A DNA stretch of 32,000 bases from the NCBI GenBank assembly GCA_025340205.1, contig CP006868.1:1560001-1592000 (forward strand). Direction: 5' to 3'. The translations under genes and the position numbers were made by a program. This stretch comes from Ignicoccus pacificus DSM 13166. Lineage in GTDB: Archaea; Thermoproteota; Thermoprotei_A; Sulfolobales; Ignicoccaceae. Under the pieces are notes generated by a model. The model made no database searches. It was not told the origin of the DNA and saw only the letters and a list, made by a program, of their open reading frames with translations. How positions within the stretch are numbered: the first letter of the stretch is position 1; the number at the start of each line of letters is the position of its first letter. Positions 1 through 8,164 of this stretch are shown piece by piece.

Positions 1-966
1 CTTTATTAGCAAAGCCACGAAGAAGGGGACGCCGACGAAGGACGTAACTATGCCTATTGGAATTATTGCCCCCGGTATGATGTTCTTACTCGCCACGTCG
101 GCCGCTAATAGGAGGGAGGCTCCGGTAGCCATAGATGTTACTAGCGCGAACCTCTGATCTTCCCCTACTAAGATCCTAGCCACGTGGGGGGCCACCAATC
201 CCACGAAGGCTATTATCCCGAAGAAGCAGACGGTTACGGCCGTCACTAAGGTTAGTATTACGAACGAGATTATCCTTAGCATTCCCGGATCCGTGACCTC
301 TTCCGCTACCTCCTCTCCCGCCCGTAGCGCAGAGAGCTTCCAAGAGAGGAGTAACGCTACTATGGAGGACGGGATTAATGTTAATGTCAACACGCTTAGC
401 TTGAACCAAGTTGCCTTGTACAAGCTCCCAAACGTCCAGAAGACCACCGCTTGGAGAGCTTCCTCCGTGGCTACGAACTCCGCGAAAGCGAGTAAGGAAT
501 GGAATAAGTAATTCATTGCAATTCCAGCCAATACCATAGCTTCTGGACTCAGACCCTTTACCTTACTCAACATGAAAACTGCCGAAGCTGTCAACGTCGC
601 GAACAAGAACGCGTTGCTAGCTACCCCGAAGACGCTCCAGTTGAAGACATAAGCCAGGGCAGCGCCGAAGGCTGCTCCAGCGGAGATTCCTAAGGTGTAA
701 GGACTTGCCAAAGGGTTGTTCAATATGGTTTGTGCTAAAGATCCAGCTAAGGCTAAGGAGGCCCCTGCTAGGATGGCAGCTAGGGCTACGGGAAGCCTTA
801 TGTCGTAGAGGATTAGCTTTCCCGTTTCTCCCCTAAGGGCCCAACAAGGGGTACCTCCGGTGCACAAATCCAAGGCAACTAAGGGGATTAAGGAGAGGAG
901 GGCAATTATGGTGAAAAACCTTCTCCTTCGAATTATCTTATTGTAGATCTCTCTAGCCCTCGGCAA
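1..966 (-). CDS. FecCD-type ABC transporter permease, partial (C-terminus runs off the window start); absent from the ORF track
   Basis: The reverse complement from a TTG at 964-966 reads LPRAREIYNKIIRRRRFFTIIALLSLIPLVAL... DIRLPRTL... AAILAGASLALAGSLAQTILNNPLASPYTLGISAGAAFGAALA, typical of FecCD permeases. It is still open at the edge (...VGVPFFVALLIK). It overlaps the upstream binding-protein stop. Confidence 0.87.
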   Translation of the reverse strand, partial: MPRAREIYNKIIRRRRFFTIIALLSLIPLVALDLCTGGTPCWALRGETGKLILYDIRLPVALAAILAGASLALAGSLAQTILNNPLASPYTLGISAGAAFGAALAYVFNWSVFGVASNAFLFATLTASAVFMLSKVKGLSPEAMVLAGIAMNYLFHSLLAFAEFVATEEALQAVVFWTFGSLYKATWFKLSVLTLTLIPSSIVALLLSWKLSALRAGEEVAEEVTDPGMLRIISFVILTLVTAVTVCFFGIIAFVGLVAPHVARILVGEDQRFALVTSMATGASLLLAADVASKNIIPGAIIPIGIVTSFVGVPFFVALLIK

Positions 967-2710
967 GACTGACCACCCAAACGCCCCTCAAGGGGTAGGG
1001 CATGAAGATCTCGTAGAATTTCTTGAGATCATTGATTGGATTCATGTTCTTAAACATCTCTGGATGAAGCCACTTGGCAAAGTACTCCAACGCTACGAAC
1101 TGGAAGATGTGACCGTGAGCTAGACCCAAGTGCATCATGTAAACCCTCTTGTCCCTTACCGCCTTCAGCTGATTCCAGCCAGGCCTCTGTATCAGCTTCT
1201 TCAGCATCTCGATTGCTGGCTTAGTGCTGTTCACGGTGTAGCCTATGACTACCTTTTGACCGAAGGGGAAGTTATTATTACACACGAAGACTATGACGTC
1301 GGGGTTCTGCTCTAACACGTACTCTGGGTTGATGTAGCCACTCGCTCCCTTGATTACCTTAGCTGCTATATTGTCACCCTTAGCTAAGTCAACCCAAATG
1401 CTAACGTGACCCTTGGCTCCGTAGACCTTCCAAGTGGACCAAGTCGTAAACACTATCACCTTAGGCTTCTGAGTTACGTTGTTCAACTTGTCTAGGATCG
1501 TAAAGAACCTACTCTCATAGAACTTGTAGAGCTCCTTAGCCCTCTTGAGGTGCCCGGTTAGTATTCCTATATCATACAAGCTCGTCTTTACTGCATCTAG
1601 GTGCTCCTTGACGTTAGGAGTCTTGGGGACGAAGTCTATTACCACCACCGGTATCTTAGCGGCCTTCAAGGTCTGCAGAGCACCGGATTCTACCATGTGA
1701 CGGAACATCCATGGAGTGGTTACCACGACGTCTGGCCTGGCCTCCAACAACGCTTCAAGATTGAAGCTCCATCCTGGCTGACCCACATCGGGTATCTCTT
1801 CAAGCCATGGATAGTGCTCGGTCCAAGCGACCCACCAGTCGGGCCTCCACTTCTTGTACCTCCAAGCGTTCAAGGCAACTATCTTGGTCAAGGCGTCCTC
1901 TCCACCTACGGCGACCCAATCCTCTAAACCATAGAGAACAGCAGCTCTCTTGACGGGGACTAGAACCCTGACCTCCCTTCCTAGCACGTCCTTTATGGTA
2001 ACCCAATGCCTCTTCATCGGCACCTTCTCGAAGAATTGACCGTTGAAGTGGCCTAAGTACTTGCTCAAGTACGATTTAGCATTAGCATTTGGGTTCAGCT
2101 TTATCTCCCTTGCGGGCCATAGGGCCTTAGCGAAGGCTTGGTAAACGAAGGGCTCCAACACGCTGTTCGGGGCGTACTTCCAAAGATAGTACGTCTCGAC
2201 AGTTATTGGAACCCTTTCGGATGATATAATTACTTCTGCTTCGCTCTTGGACGTCGGTATACCCCCTAACTTCTTAGCAATGATTCTCCAATCGGTGAGG
2301 TTCGACCACACCTTGGGAAAGCCGCTCAGATCATATAGCTTCAAGTTCCAATACTTCAATGCATCATTTAGCACCTCCTCGGCCCTGCTCTGCGTACCAA
2401 ACGCGTTCGCTAACTTTTCGACGCTCTCCTTGTATTTGCTTATTGTAGTAAAGTTAAGGTATATAACGTTTGGGAGGTCTATCTTACCCTTTAAGTTCTC
2501 CGGTGCAAGGATTATATCTGCCTTTACCTTTCCAATGTCATTTATTGTAATCGCCTTTATTCCATAAGGTGCGCATGTATGAGTTCCCACGAGCTGAACT
2601 CGGGAACCTCCGAGCACAGCAGCGCTAAGGGCTAGGTTACAGCCTATGGCCGCTACCTTCAAGGCAAAGGCAGCAAAAGTTAGAATTAAGAGGGCTAGTC
2701 CCCACCTCAT
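953..2710 (-). CDS. ABC transporter substrate-binding protein, iron/cobalamin/metal type (PF01497-like)
   Basis: 585 aa ORF with an N-terminal signal-like hydrophobic segment, binding-protein patterns (VVTTPWMFRHM, IPVVVIDF, PDVIVFVCNNN) and direct coupling to a FecCD permease. Confidence 0.8.
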   Translation of the reverse strand: MRWGLALLILTFAAFALKVAAIGCNLALSAAVLGGSRVQLVGTHTCAPYGIKAITINDIGKVKADIILAPENLKGKIDLPNVIYLNFTTISKYKESVEKLANAFGTQSRAEEVLNDALKYWNLKLYDLSGFPKVWSNLTDWRIIAKKLGGIPTSKSEAEVIISSERVPITVETYYLWKYAPNSVLEPFVYQAFAKALWPAREIKLNPNANAKSYLSKYLGHFNGQFFEKVPMKRHWVTIKDVLGREVRVLVPVKRAAVLYGLEDWVAVGGEDALTKIVALNAWRYKKWRPDWWVAWTEHYPWLEEIPDVGQPGWSFNLEALLEARPDVVVTTPWMFRHMVESGALQTLKAAKIPVVVIDFVPKTPNVKEHLDAVKTSLYDIGILTGHLKRAKELYKFYESRFFTILDKLNNVTQKPKVIVFTTWSTWKVYGAKGHVSIWVDLAKGDNIAAKVIKGASGYINPEYVLEQNPDVIVFVCNNNFPFGQKVVIGYTVNSTKPAIEMLKKLIQRPGWNQLKAVRDKRVYMMHLGLAHGHIFQFVALEYFAKWLHPEMFKNMNPINDLKKFYEIFMPYPLRGVWVVSLAEG

Positions 2711-3357
2711 GCTCCCACCAAGGTCAGCGTGCTCACTTCCCTTACTCCTTCGTTCTCAATAACGGCCTTAACAACAACTATCTTGTTCCTCACCGGTACC
2801 CTCACTTGGGATCTCTTGCCTAGTTCCTCCTTACCATCCAAATAAGAGATAGTGATATCGGCCTCCGCCGGCTCCCCGTCTTCGAAGACCTTGACCTCGA
2901 CCTCTTGGCATAGTTTGGCATTGGGGACTGAGGGTATGAGCTCCAGTCCCTTTCCTAGAGGCTTTGGATCCGAGAAGAACATTATTGCTCTCCCTATTAT
3001 CCTGTAGCTTTTCTCTACATCGAAACCCAAGGCTCTTGCTTCGTCTGAGTCCATGGGCAACCATTTCCCGTCCTTAGTCTTCGTGAAAATCCCTTTGTCA
3101 TATTCGAGGAGAGCATAGGAAGAGGGGAAGGGCTCTAGGAACAGCGCTCCTCTAGCAGAGGAATCCTTGCTTATTCCTATTATACCTCTCTTTCCGTCGA
3201 CCTCTACATTCTTTATTATACAGAAATCTATCTTACCGTCGGTCTTTGGGTAGTGCCCCCATTTTACGTAAAGTCTTCCTTGTTCCACTTCAAACCAAGC
3301 CTCGTGATTCACGAGTTCTATCACTTTGTGCACCAATTTACGAAGAACAGTGCACAA
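2707..3357 (-). CDS. Conserved hypothetical protein at the head of the metal-uptake operon; possibly DUF4198-like
   Basis: 216 aa ORF whose end overlaps the start of the binding-protein gene by 4 nt. Segments such as LYVKWGHYPKTDGKID and a C-terminal beta-rich 'EDGEPAEADITISY' resemble DUF4198-type proteins (weak). Confidence 0.6.
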   Translation of the reverse strand: MCTVLRKLVHKVIELVNHEAWFEVEQGRLYVKWGHYPKTDGKIDFCIIKNVEVDGKRGIIGISKDSSARGALFLEPFPSSYALLEYDKGIFTKTKDGKWLPMDSDEARALGFDVEKSYRIIGRAIMFFSDPKPLGKGLELIPSVPNAKLCQEVEVKVFEDGEPAEADITISYLDGKEELGKRSQVRVPVRNKIVVVKAVIENEGVREVSTLTLVGA

Positions 3358-3715
3358 GTAAAGTGTAGAGCGTTTATTGACCTTGCATGTGCTACGCCGA
3401 AAGATACTTGAATGTCAAATATTTGAACCATGAACTCCTTGTTCGTCCACATATATCCGTTTCCTATAAATATTATGATTTTATCGTAGTTAAAACACTA
3501 AACTACAATCACCAATGTTTTTAACTACCATTAATTCTATTCTCATCATAGTGATACTCTATATGTTACCGTAAAAGGATCGTGAATCACGATTCGCATC
3601 AAACGACACAAGAGATGCCATCTGCTTTAGACGGTCTTGCTACTACAAATGTCCCCTCTTTGGAGGGAGGAAGGTGTGCTTTTCTTGGGACAAGGAACCC
3701 ACCAAAGCTCATAAA

Positions 3716-3727
3716 CCTTTTAAAAGG
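3716..3727 (+). promoter_or_regulatory. AT-rich archaeal TATA-like element upstream of the wyosine synthase gene
   Basis: ATAAACCTTTTAAAAGG about 21-37 nt upstream of ATG 3748, followed by purine-rich GGGGAGG. Confidence 0.4.
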
Positions 3728-3747
3728 GGAGGAATTAGGTATCTCGA

Positions 3748-4785
3748 ATGTCTATTAAGCTAGACGCTATCTCAACCATATTTGAGAGGCTGAGGAAGGC
3801 CGGTTACCACATAGTGGGTTCTCATTCAGCAGTAAAGAAGTGTCATTGGACTCACGTAGCGCTAACGCAGAGGAGGTTCTGTTACAAGTGCAAGTTCTAC
3901 GGAATAGCTTCCCATAGATGTCTCCAGATGACGCCAGCGGTAATCTGGTGTTGGCTTAGGTGTTTGCACTGCTGGAGAGCTGAGCCAGGAGATCTAGAAG
4001 TACAGTGGGATGATACCAAGCTTCCGGTGGTGGATGACCCCGAGTTCATAGTCGAAAAAAGCATTGAGGAACAGAGAAAGATAATCAGCGGCTACAAGGG
4101 TCATCCCAAAGTTGATCCGAAGATGTGGGAGGAGGCGATGAATCCAAAGCACGCTGCAATAAGCTTGTCCGGAGAACCCACTCTCTACCCAAGGCTCAGC
4201 GAGCTCATCGAGGAGTACCACAAGAGGGGTATGACGACCTTCCTAGTTACCCACGGAGTCAGACCCGATGTGCTAGCCCAATTAGACCCGGAGCCTACTC
4301 AACTGTACTTGAGCTTAGAAGCTTGGGATGAGAAGAGCTTCAAGGAGTTCAACAGGCCCATACTGCCGGGCTTGTGGAAGGCTGTCATCCAGAGCCTGGA
4401 GCTCTTACCAAGCTTCTCCTCCCCCACGGTAATAAGGATTACCTTGGTAAAGGGATTCAATGACCACGAGAAGGCCTTGGAAGGCTTGGCTAAGTTGGTA
4501 CAGAAGGGATATCCTACCTACGTCGAGGTGAAGGCCTACATGAACGTCGGCTACTCGAGGTACAGGTTAACAAAGGAGAACATGCCAAAGCACTATGAAG
4601 TAAGAGCCTTCGCCGAGAAGCTAGCTGAGAAGATAGGGTACGAGGTGGTAGACGAACAAGTATCCAGTAGAGTGGTTCTATTGAGTAGGATAGACAAGCC
4701 CATAAGGGTCGGAGAGGGTTGCCCAGGAGGCAACGCTGGAGGGGAGCTACCGGAGGGAAGCGAGGCGGAGATGGCTAACCAATAA
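3748..4785 (+). CDS. taw1: S-adenosyl-L-methionine-dependent tRNA 4-demethylwyosine synthase (archaeal TYW1/Taw1), radical SAM
   Basis: Radical SAM motif CWLRCLHC, Taw1/TYW1 signatures RRFCYKCKFYG, SHRCLQMTPAVIWCWLRCLHCWR, KHAAISLSGEPTLYP, TTFLVTHG, EVKAYMNVGYSR. Confidence 0.93.
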   Translation: MSIKLDAISTIFERLRKAGYHIVGSHSAVKKCHWTHVALTQRRFCYKCKFYGIASHRCLQMTPAVIWCWLRCLHCWRAEPGDLEVQWDDTKLPVVDDPEFIVEKSIEEQRKIISGYKGHPKVDPKMWEEAMNPKHAAISLSGEPTLYPRLSELIEEYHKRGMTTFLVTHGVRPDVLAQLDPEPTQLYLSLEAWDEKSFKEFNRPILPGLWKAVIQSLELLPSFSSPTVIRITLVKGFNDHEKALEGLAKLVQKGYPTYVEVKAYMNVGYSRYRLTKENMPKHYEVRAFAEKLAEKIGYEVVDEQVSSRVVLLSRIDKPIRVGEGCPGGNAGGELPEGSEAEMANQ

Positions 4786-5515
4786 GCTCTCTGAGCTTAC
4801 TCTTCACCTCATGCTCAAGTTTAGGGCAGTACAGCCCCAGCTTCTCCCTTGAGTATTCACATTCTTCCTTACAATTCAAAGCGATTGGCATCACGAAGCT
4901 ATTATGTATGAGCACAGCTACCTTGTGACTCTCCGTCGATATTGTAAAGGGAATCACGGATGAAAGCGTTCTCAGTGAGAACACTATAGCCTTTGCCAAT
5001 TCTTCCGCACTCACATTTAATTCCCTAGCGACTGTCCTAAGAGCTTCATCAAAATCAAGACCATTTACCAAGTATAATTCCATGACATCCTTGAATTTTT
5101 CCAATATTTTCAGAGCTCCTATCTTGGGATCGTTAATACAATAGCTTTCATGGGGACATATGAGTTGGGAGAGCACCTTTAGGAACGCAATTATCTCACC
5201 TTTGTTAGCTTCCACGCCCCAGCTCCTCTTAATGCAATCGAGAACTCTATCAAGGGATCCCTTACCTTCGTGAGATAGTATGAGACAACCATAGGCGGTT
5301 ATGTATAGGTGTGACTCCTTCCTCTTGACGAGACCCATCCTCTCGAGCTTTTTACACCTTCTATATACTGTGGATATATTCCAACCCGTCCTCTTGGCTA
5401 TCTTGTAAGCGCTCAACCCGCCCCTCTCTATTTCCTCAAGCATCTTGATCTCATCCATGGAAAGCTCGGGGAGGGTATCTCCCCACAACTTGAGTAACTT
5501 TTCGACACGCATCAT
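4775..5515 (-). CDS. Winged helix-turn-helix transcriptional regulator (MarR/TrmB-like N-terminal domain) with an uncharacterised C-terminal domain
   Basis: MLEEIERGGLSAYKIAKRTGWNISTVYRRCKKLERMGLVKRKESHLYITAYG is a clear wHTH. It converges on taw1 with an 11 nt overlap. Confidence 0.8.
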   Translation of the reverse strand: MMRVEKLLKLWGDTLPELSMDEIKMLEEIERGGLSAYKIAKRTGWNISTVYRRCKKLERMGLVKRKESHLYITAYGCLILSHEGKGSLDRVLDCIKRSWGVEANKGEIIAFLKVLSQLICPHESYCINDPKIGALKILEKFKDVMELYLVNGLDFDEALRTVARELNVSAEELAKAIVFSLRTLSSVIPFTISTESHKVAVLIHNSFVMPIALNCKEECEYSREKLGLYCPKLEHEVKSKLRELIG

Positions 5516-5555
5516 TTCTCATATCATAAGCTTTCTTCCCGAGTATTATGCTAAC

Positions 5556-5572
5556 TGTTCTCATAAACTATG
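5556..5572. repeat. Operator-like direct repeat, copy 1 (TGTTCTCATAAACTATG)
   Basis: Matches copy 2 with one mismatch in the intergenic region between divergent genes. Confidence 0.6.
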
Positions 5573-5578
5573 AAAAGG

Positions 5579-5595
5579 TGTTCTCAAAAACTATG
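5579..5595. repeat. Operator-like direct repeat, copy 2 (TGTTCTCAAAAACTATG)
   Basis: 16/17 identical to copy 1; start-to-start spacing is 23 nt. Confidence 0.6.
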
Positions 5596-5661
5596 TAATA
5601 GATATACAATTGGTAACGCTAACTAAGCTTTTCTTCAAGTTGTTCTTCGTTTATCTGGGTC

Positions 5662-6717
5662 ATGGTTATGGTGACCCGTAGGGAGTTCGTTAAAAGACTA
5701 GCTGGAGCGGCCCTCTTCGGGGCCTTGTTAGGTCCAAAGGCCGCAGAGGGCGCAGTGCAAGAGGAAGTGGCGAAGAAGGTAGTCAAGGCCCCGCCCCTTC
5801 CTTGGCCCTATGTAGAGCTTGATCCCGAGGAGACCAGGAAGCTCGGTCACCTAGGTTATTACGCGTTCGAGTGTTCTGGTGGAGCCTTCTGGGCGATAGC
5901 CGTTCAGCTAAGGGAGAAGGTAGGCTACCCGTGGACTTTGATACCCATACCTTCCAAGGAGGAGGTTCTAGACGCAGTAAACAAGGGACATCACTTGACC
6001 GGATTCTTCCAGTATGGATTCGGAGGAGTAGTCGGATGGGGTACGATCTGTGGGGCTCCCCAAGGAGGAATAATGATAATGAGCATGGTAGTTAAGAACA
6101 AGAAGGATTGGGAGGAGTTAGGGAGACTCCTCCTCAGATTCTACGAGACTACCCCATTCCCCTCCAAGAAGATAAACGAGTACGCTGTCAAGGGAGAGCT
6201 GTACCCCAAGAAGCTCAAGTACTCCGGTTGGCTACCCCAGAGCGTCAGTCATTCAGTGCTCTGCCACGTCTCCGTCAGCAAGTGGTGTATGGCCTCGGGC
6301 TTCGCCAGCGGCTCCAAGGAGAGATCCGAGAGGTGTGGAAGACTAACCGGCGATGTAGCAGCTGAAGCTGTCACCTTACTCAACGCTTACTTTAAGGGAG
6401 GACTGGAGAAGGCTAAGAGCCTCGCCAAGCTGAAGTTCTCCGCGACGACGGCGGCGTGCAGGGAGTGCCACTACAAGGGCAAGGACTTCGAGATGGGCCA
6501 GTTCACCAGAGGATTCATGCAGTGTGAGACGTGCCACAAAGATCTCAGAGCTCATGCCCACGAGTTCCTGACTAAGGGAGCTAGCGGAGCGGAGCTCATG
6601 ACCGTAGGCTTAGGAGCTGGAGGTCTAGGAGCCTTCGCCGGCTTCCTAGCCGGCTTGGCTAGCAATGGTCCTTCTGAGGGCGAGGGGTCCGAGGAGGAAG
6701 AGAAGGAAGAGAGGTGA
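5662..6717 (+). CDS. Tat-exported C_GCAxxG_C_C/split-Soret-like cytochrome c with a C-terminal hydrophobic anchor
   Basis: N-terminal TRREFVKRLAGAALFGALLGPKAAEGA twin-arginine signal, two CxxCH haem motifs (CRECH, CETCH), CSGGAFWAIAVQL / GTICGAPQGGIMI segments of the C_GCAxxG_C_C family, and a C-terminal hydrophobic stretch before an acidic tail. Confidence 0.8.
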   Translation: MVMVTRREFVKRLAGAALFGALLGPKAAEGAVQEEVAKKVVKAPPLPWPYVELDPEETRKLGHLGYYAFECSGGAFWAIAVQLREKVGYPWTLIPIPSKEEVLDAVNKGHHLTGFFQYGFGGVVGWGTICGAPQGGIMIMSMVVKNKKDWEELGRLLLRFYETTPFPSKKINEYAVKGELYPKKLKYSGWLPQSVSHSVLCHVSVSKWCMASGFASGSKERSERCGRLTGDVAAEAVTLLNAYFKGGLEKAKSLAKLKFSATTAACRECHYKGKDFEMGQFTRGFMQCETCHKDLRAHAHEFLTKGASGAELMTVGLGAGGLGAFAGFLAGLASNGPSEGEGSEEEEKEER

Positions 6718-6724
6718 TAACATA

Positions 6725-7699
6725 ATGGGGTACAGGGAAGCTGCCCTAATCGGTAGCTTTGTGTTCACGTTCGCCCTACTCTACGTGGGTTGGTGGTTGG
6801 TATACGAATATGCGATAAAGGTACTGGCAACTGTAGGTCCCCTAGAGCTATCATACATAACGTCACACTTCAACTTAGCCGACTTGGTATGGTGGAGGAA
6901 CTTCATAGCACTAGCGTTCGACATATTGATAATAATCATTGCAGCTGTTGGTACTATATGGATAATAGGAAGACTCATCGAGGAAGCTAAGGAAGCGGGG
7001 AAGTGGTGGGCGTACTATAGAAGTAGAAAGGCCAAGAAGGACATATGGCTTCCCAGGTGGACTTGGTGGCAGAGAGTCCAACACATCTGGATCCTAGTGA
7101 CCTTCACTATATGTGCCATAACGGGGTTCGCTGCCAGACTGGCTCCGCTGGAGACTAGGCACTACCTGATGACTCTACACGTGATCTCCGGACTAGCGAT
7201 GGGAGTGCTGGTAGTGATCCACTTCGTGCAGTATCTAACAGCGTTCGTCAAGGCGTTAGCTAAGGGAGAGAACGTAAGGGAGAAGTTCCCGATGCTGGAG
7301 TTCTATAGCCTCAAGTACTTCAAGAACGCGATAAAGGCCATGCTACACCCATTCATACCCAGCATAAAGCCAGAGCCCTTCGGTAAGTATGACCCAGAAC
7401 AGCAGTTCGAGTACTGGGGCGTCTACTGGGGTATGGCAGTGCTTGGAATACCGGGACTGATAATACTACTATGGGGTCCCCAAGCGTTCGGCGGAATATT
7501 CTGGGTGACCCACACCAAAGAAGCTGTGCTAGCGGTAACGTTCATACTGATGGTGCACTTGATACACGCCCACTTCAGACCGAGCGTGTTCCCGCTGGAT
7601 CCGACGTTCTTATGGGGTAAGATGCCCCTGAAGAGGGCCCTCGAGGAACACCCCAGATGGGCCCAAGAAATGGTCAGGAAGCTAAAGATAAGGAAATAA
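6725..7699 (+). CDS. Multi-spanning cytochrome b-like membrane protein (thiosulfate reductase/formate dehydrogenase gamma-like)
   Basis: ATG at 6725 shortly after the upstream stop. Several TM helices with conserved His (ETRHYLMTLHVISGLAMGVLVVIHFVQYL; TFILMVHLIHAHFRPSVFPLDPTFLWGKMPL). Confidence 0.78.
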   Translation: MGYREAALIGSFVFTFALLYVGWWLVYEYAIKVLATVGPLELSYITSHFNLADLVWWRNFIALAFDILIIIIAAVGTIWIIGRLIEEAKEAGKWWAYYRSRKAKKDIWLPRWTWWQRVQHIWILVTFTICAITGFAARLAPLETRHYLMTLHVISGLAMGVLVVIHFVQYLTAFVKALAKGENVREKFPMLEFYSLKYFKNAIKAMLHPFIPSIKPEPFGKYDPEQQFEYWGVYWGMAVLGIPGLIILLWGPQAFGGIFWVTHTKEAVLAVTFILMVHLIHAHFRPSVFPLDPTFLWGKMPLKRALEEHPRWAQEMVRKLKIRK

Positions 7700-7700
7700 C

Positions 7701-7713
7701 CCTTTTTCTTTTT
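7701..7713 (+). terminator. T-rich archaeal termination signal
   Basis: CCTTTTTCTTTTTC directly follows the stop codon at 7697-7699. Confidence 0.35.
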
Positions 7714-7777
7714 CAAGAAGTCAATCTTTTATGGATATATATTGGAAAGTAGGTCCCAATTATGGGTCTGAGTAGAT

Positions 7778-8152
7778 ATGGTAGTGAAGTGCCCCTATGG
7801 CGAGAAGAAGGGCTTCGCCGTCTACTGCAAGATCTTGCGCAAGAAGGTTTCGCCTTTGAAGTACCCTTGTATGGGTAATTACGAGCACTGTCCTCATTAT
7901 AGAGAGGCACAAGAGCTCAGCGCCAGGACTGTGAAGCATGAGCCGGAAGCGGTGGAGGTGGTCATCGCAAGTAAGGTAGAGAAGAAAGAGGAGAAGTCCG
8001 CCCCTCCGCCTCCGACCTCGCCCACTTCCTTCAAGCCGCCGGAGCAAGCGAGTAACTGCTACGAGTGCGTGTACTACTCTTCTCTAACAGGATACTGCAT
8101 GAGGTTGAGAGTAAAGGTAGAGGATCCTTACTCTCCACCTTGTAAGAAATGA
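7778..8152 (+). CDS. Cysteine-rich, probably metal-binding hypothetical protein with two related Cys modules
   Basis: 124 aa ORF with CPYGEKKGFAVYCKILRKKVSPLKYPC and CYECVYYSSLTGYCMRLRVKVEDPYSPPC modules joined by a Pro-rich linker. Confidence 0.65.
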   Translation: MVVKCPYGEKKGFAVYCKILRKKVSPLKYPCMGNYEHCPHYREAQELSARTVKHEPEAVEVVIASKVEKKEEKSAPPPPTSPTSFKPPEQASNCYECVYYSSLTGYCMRLRVKVEDPYSPPCKK

Positions 8153-8164
8153 GGTTTAGAAAGA

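Noticed and set aside
176-511. Short ORFs at 176-409 and 293-511
   Set aside because: They lie within the FecCD permease coding region, which has clear family signatures in a different frame.
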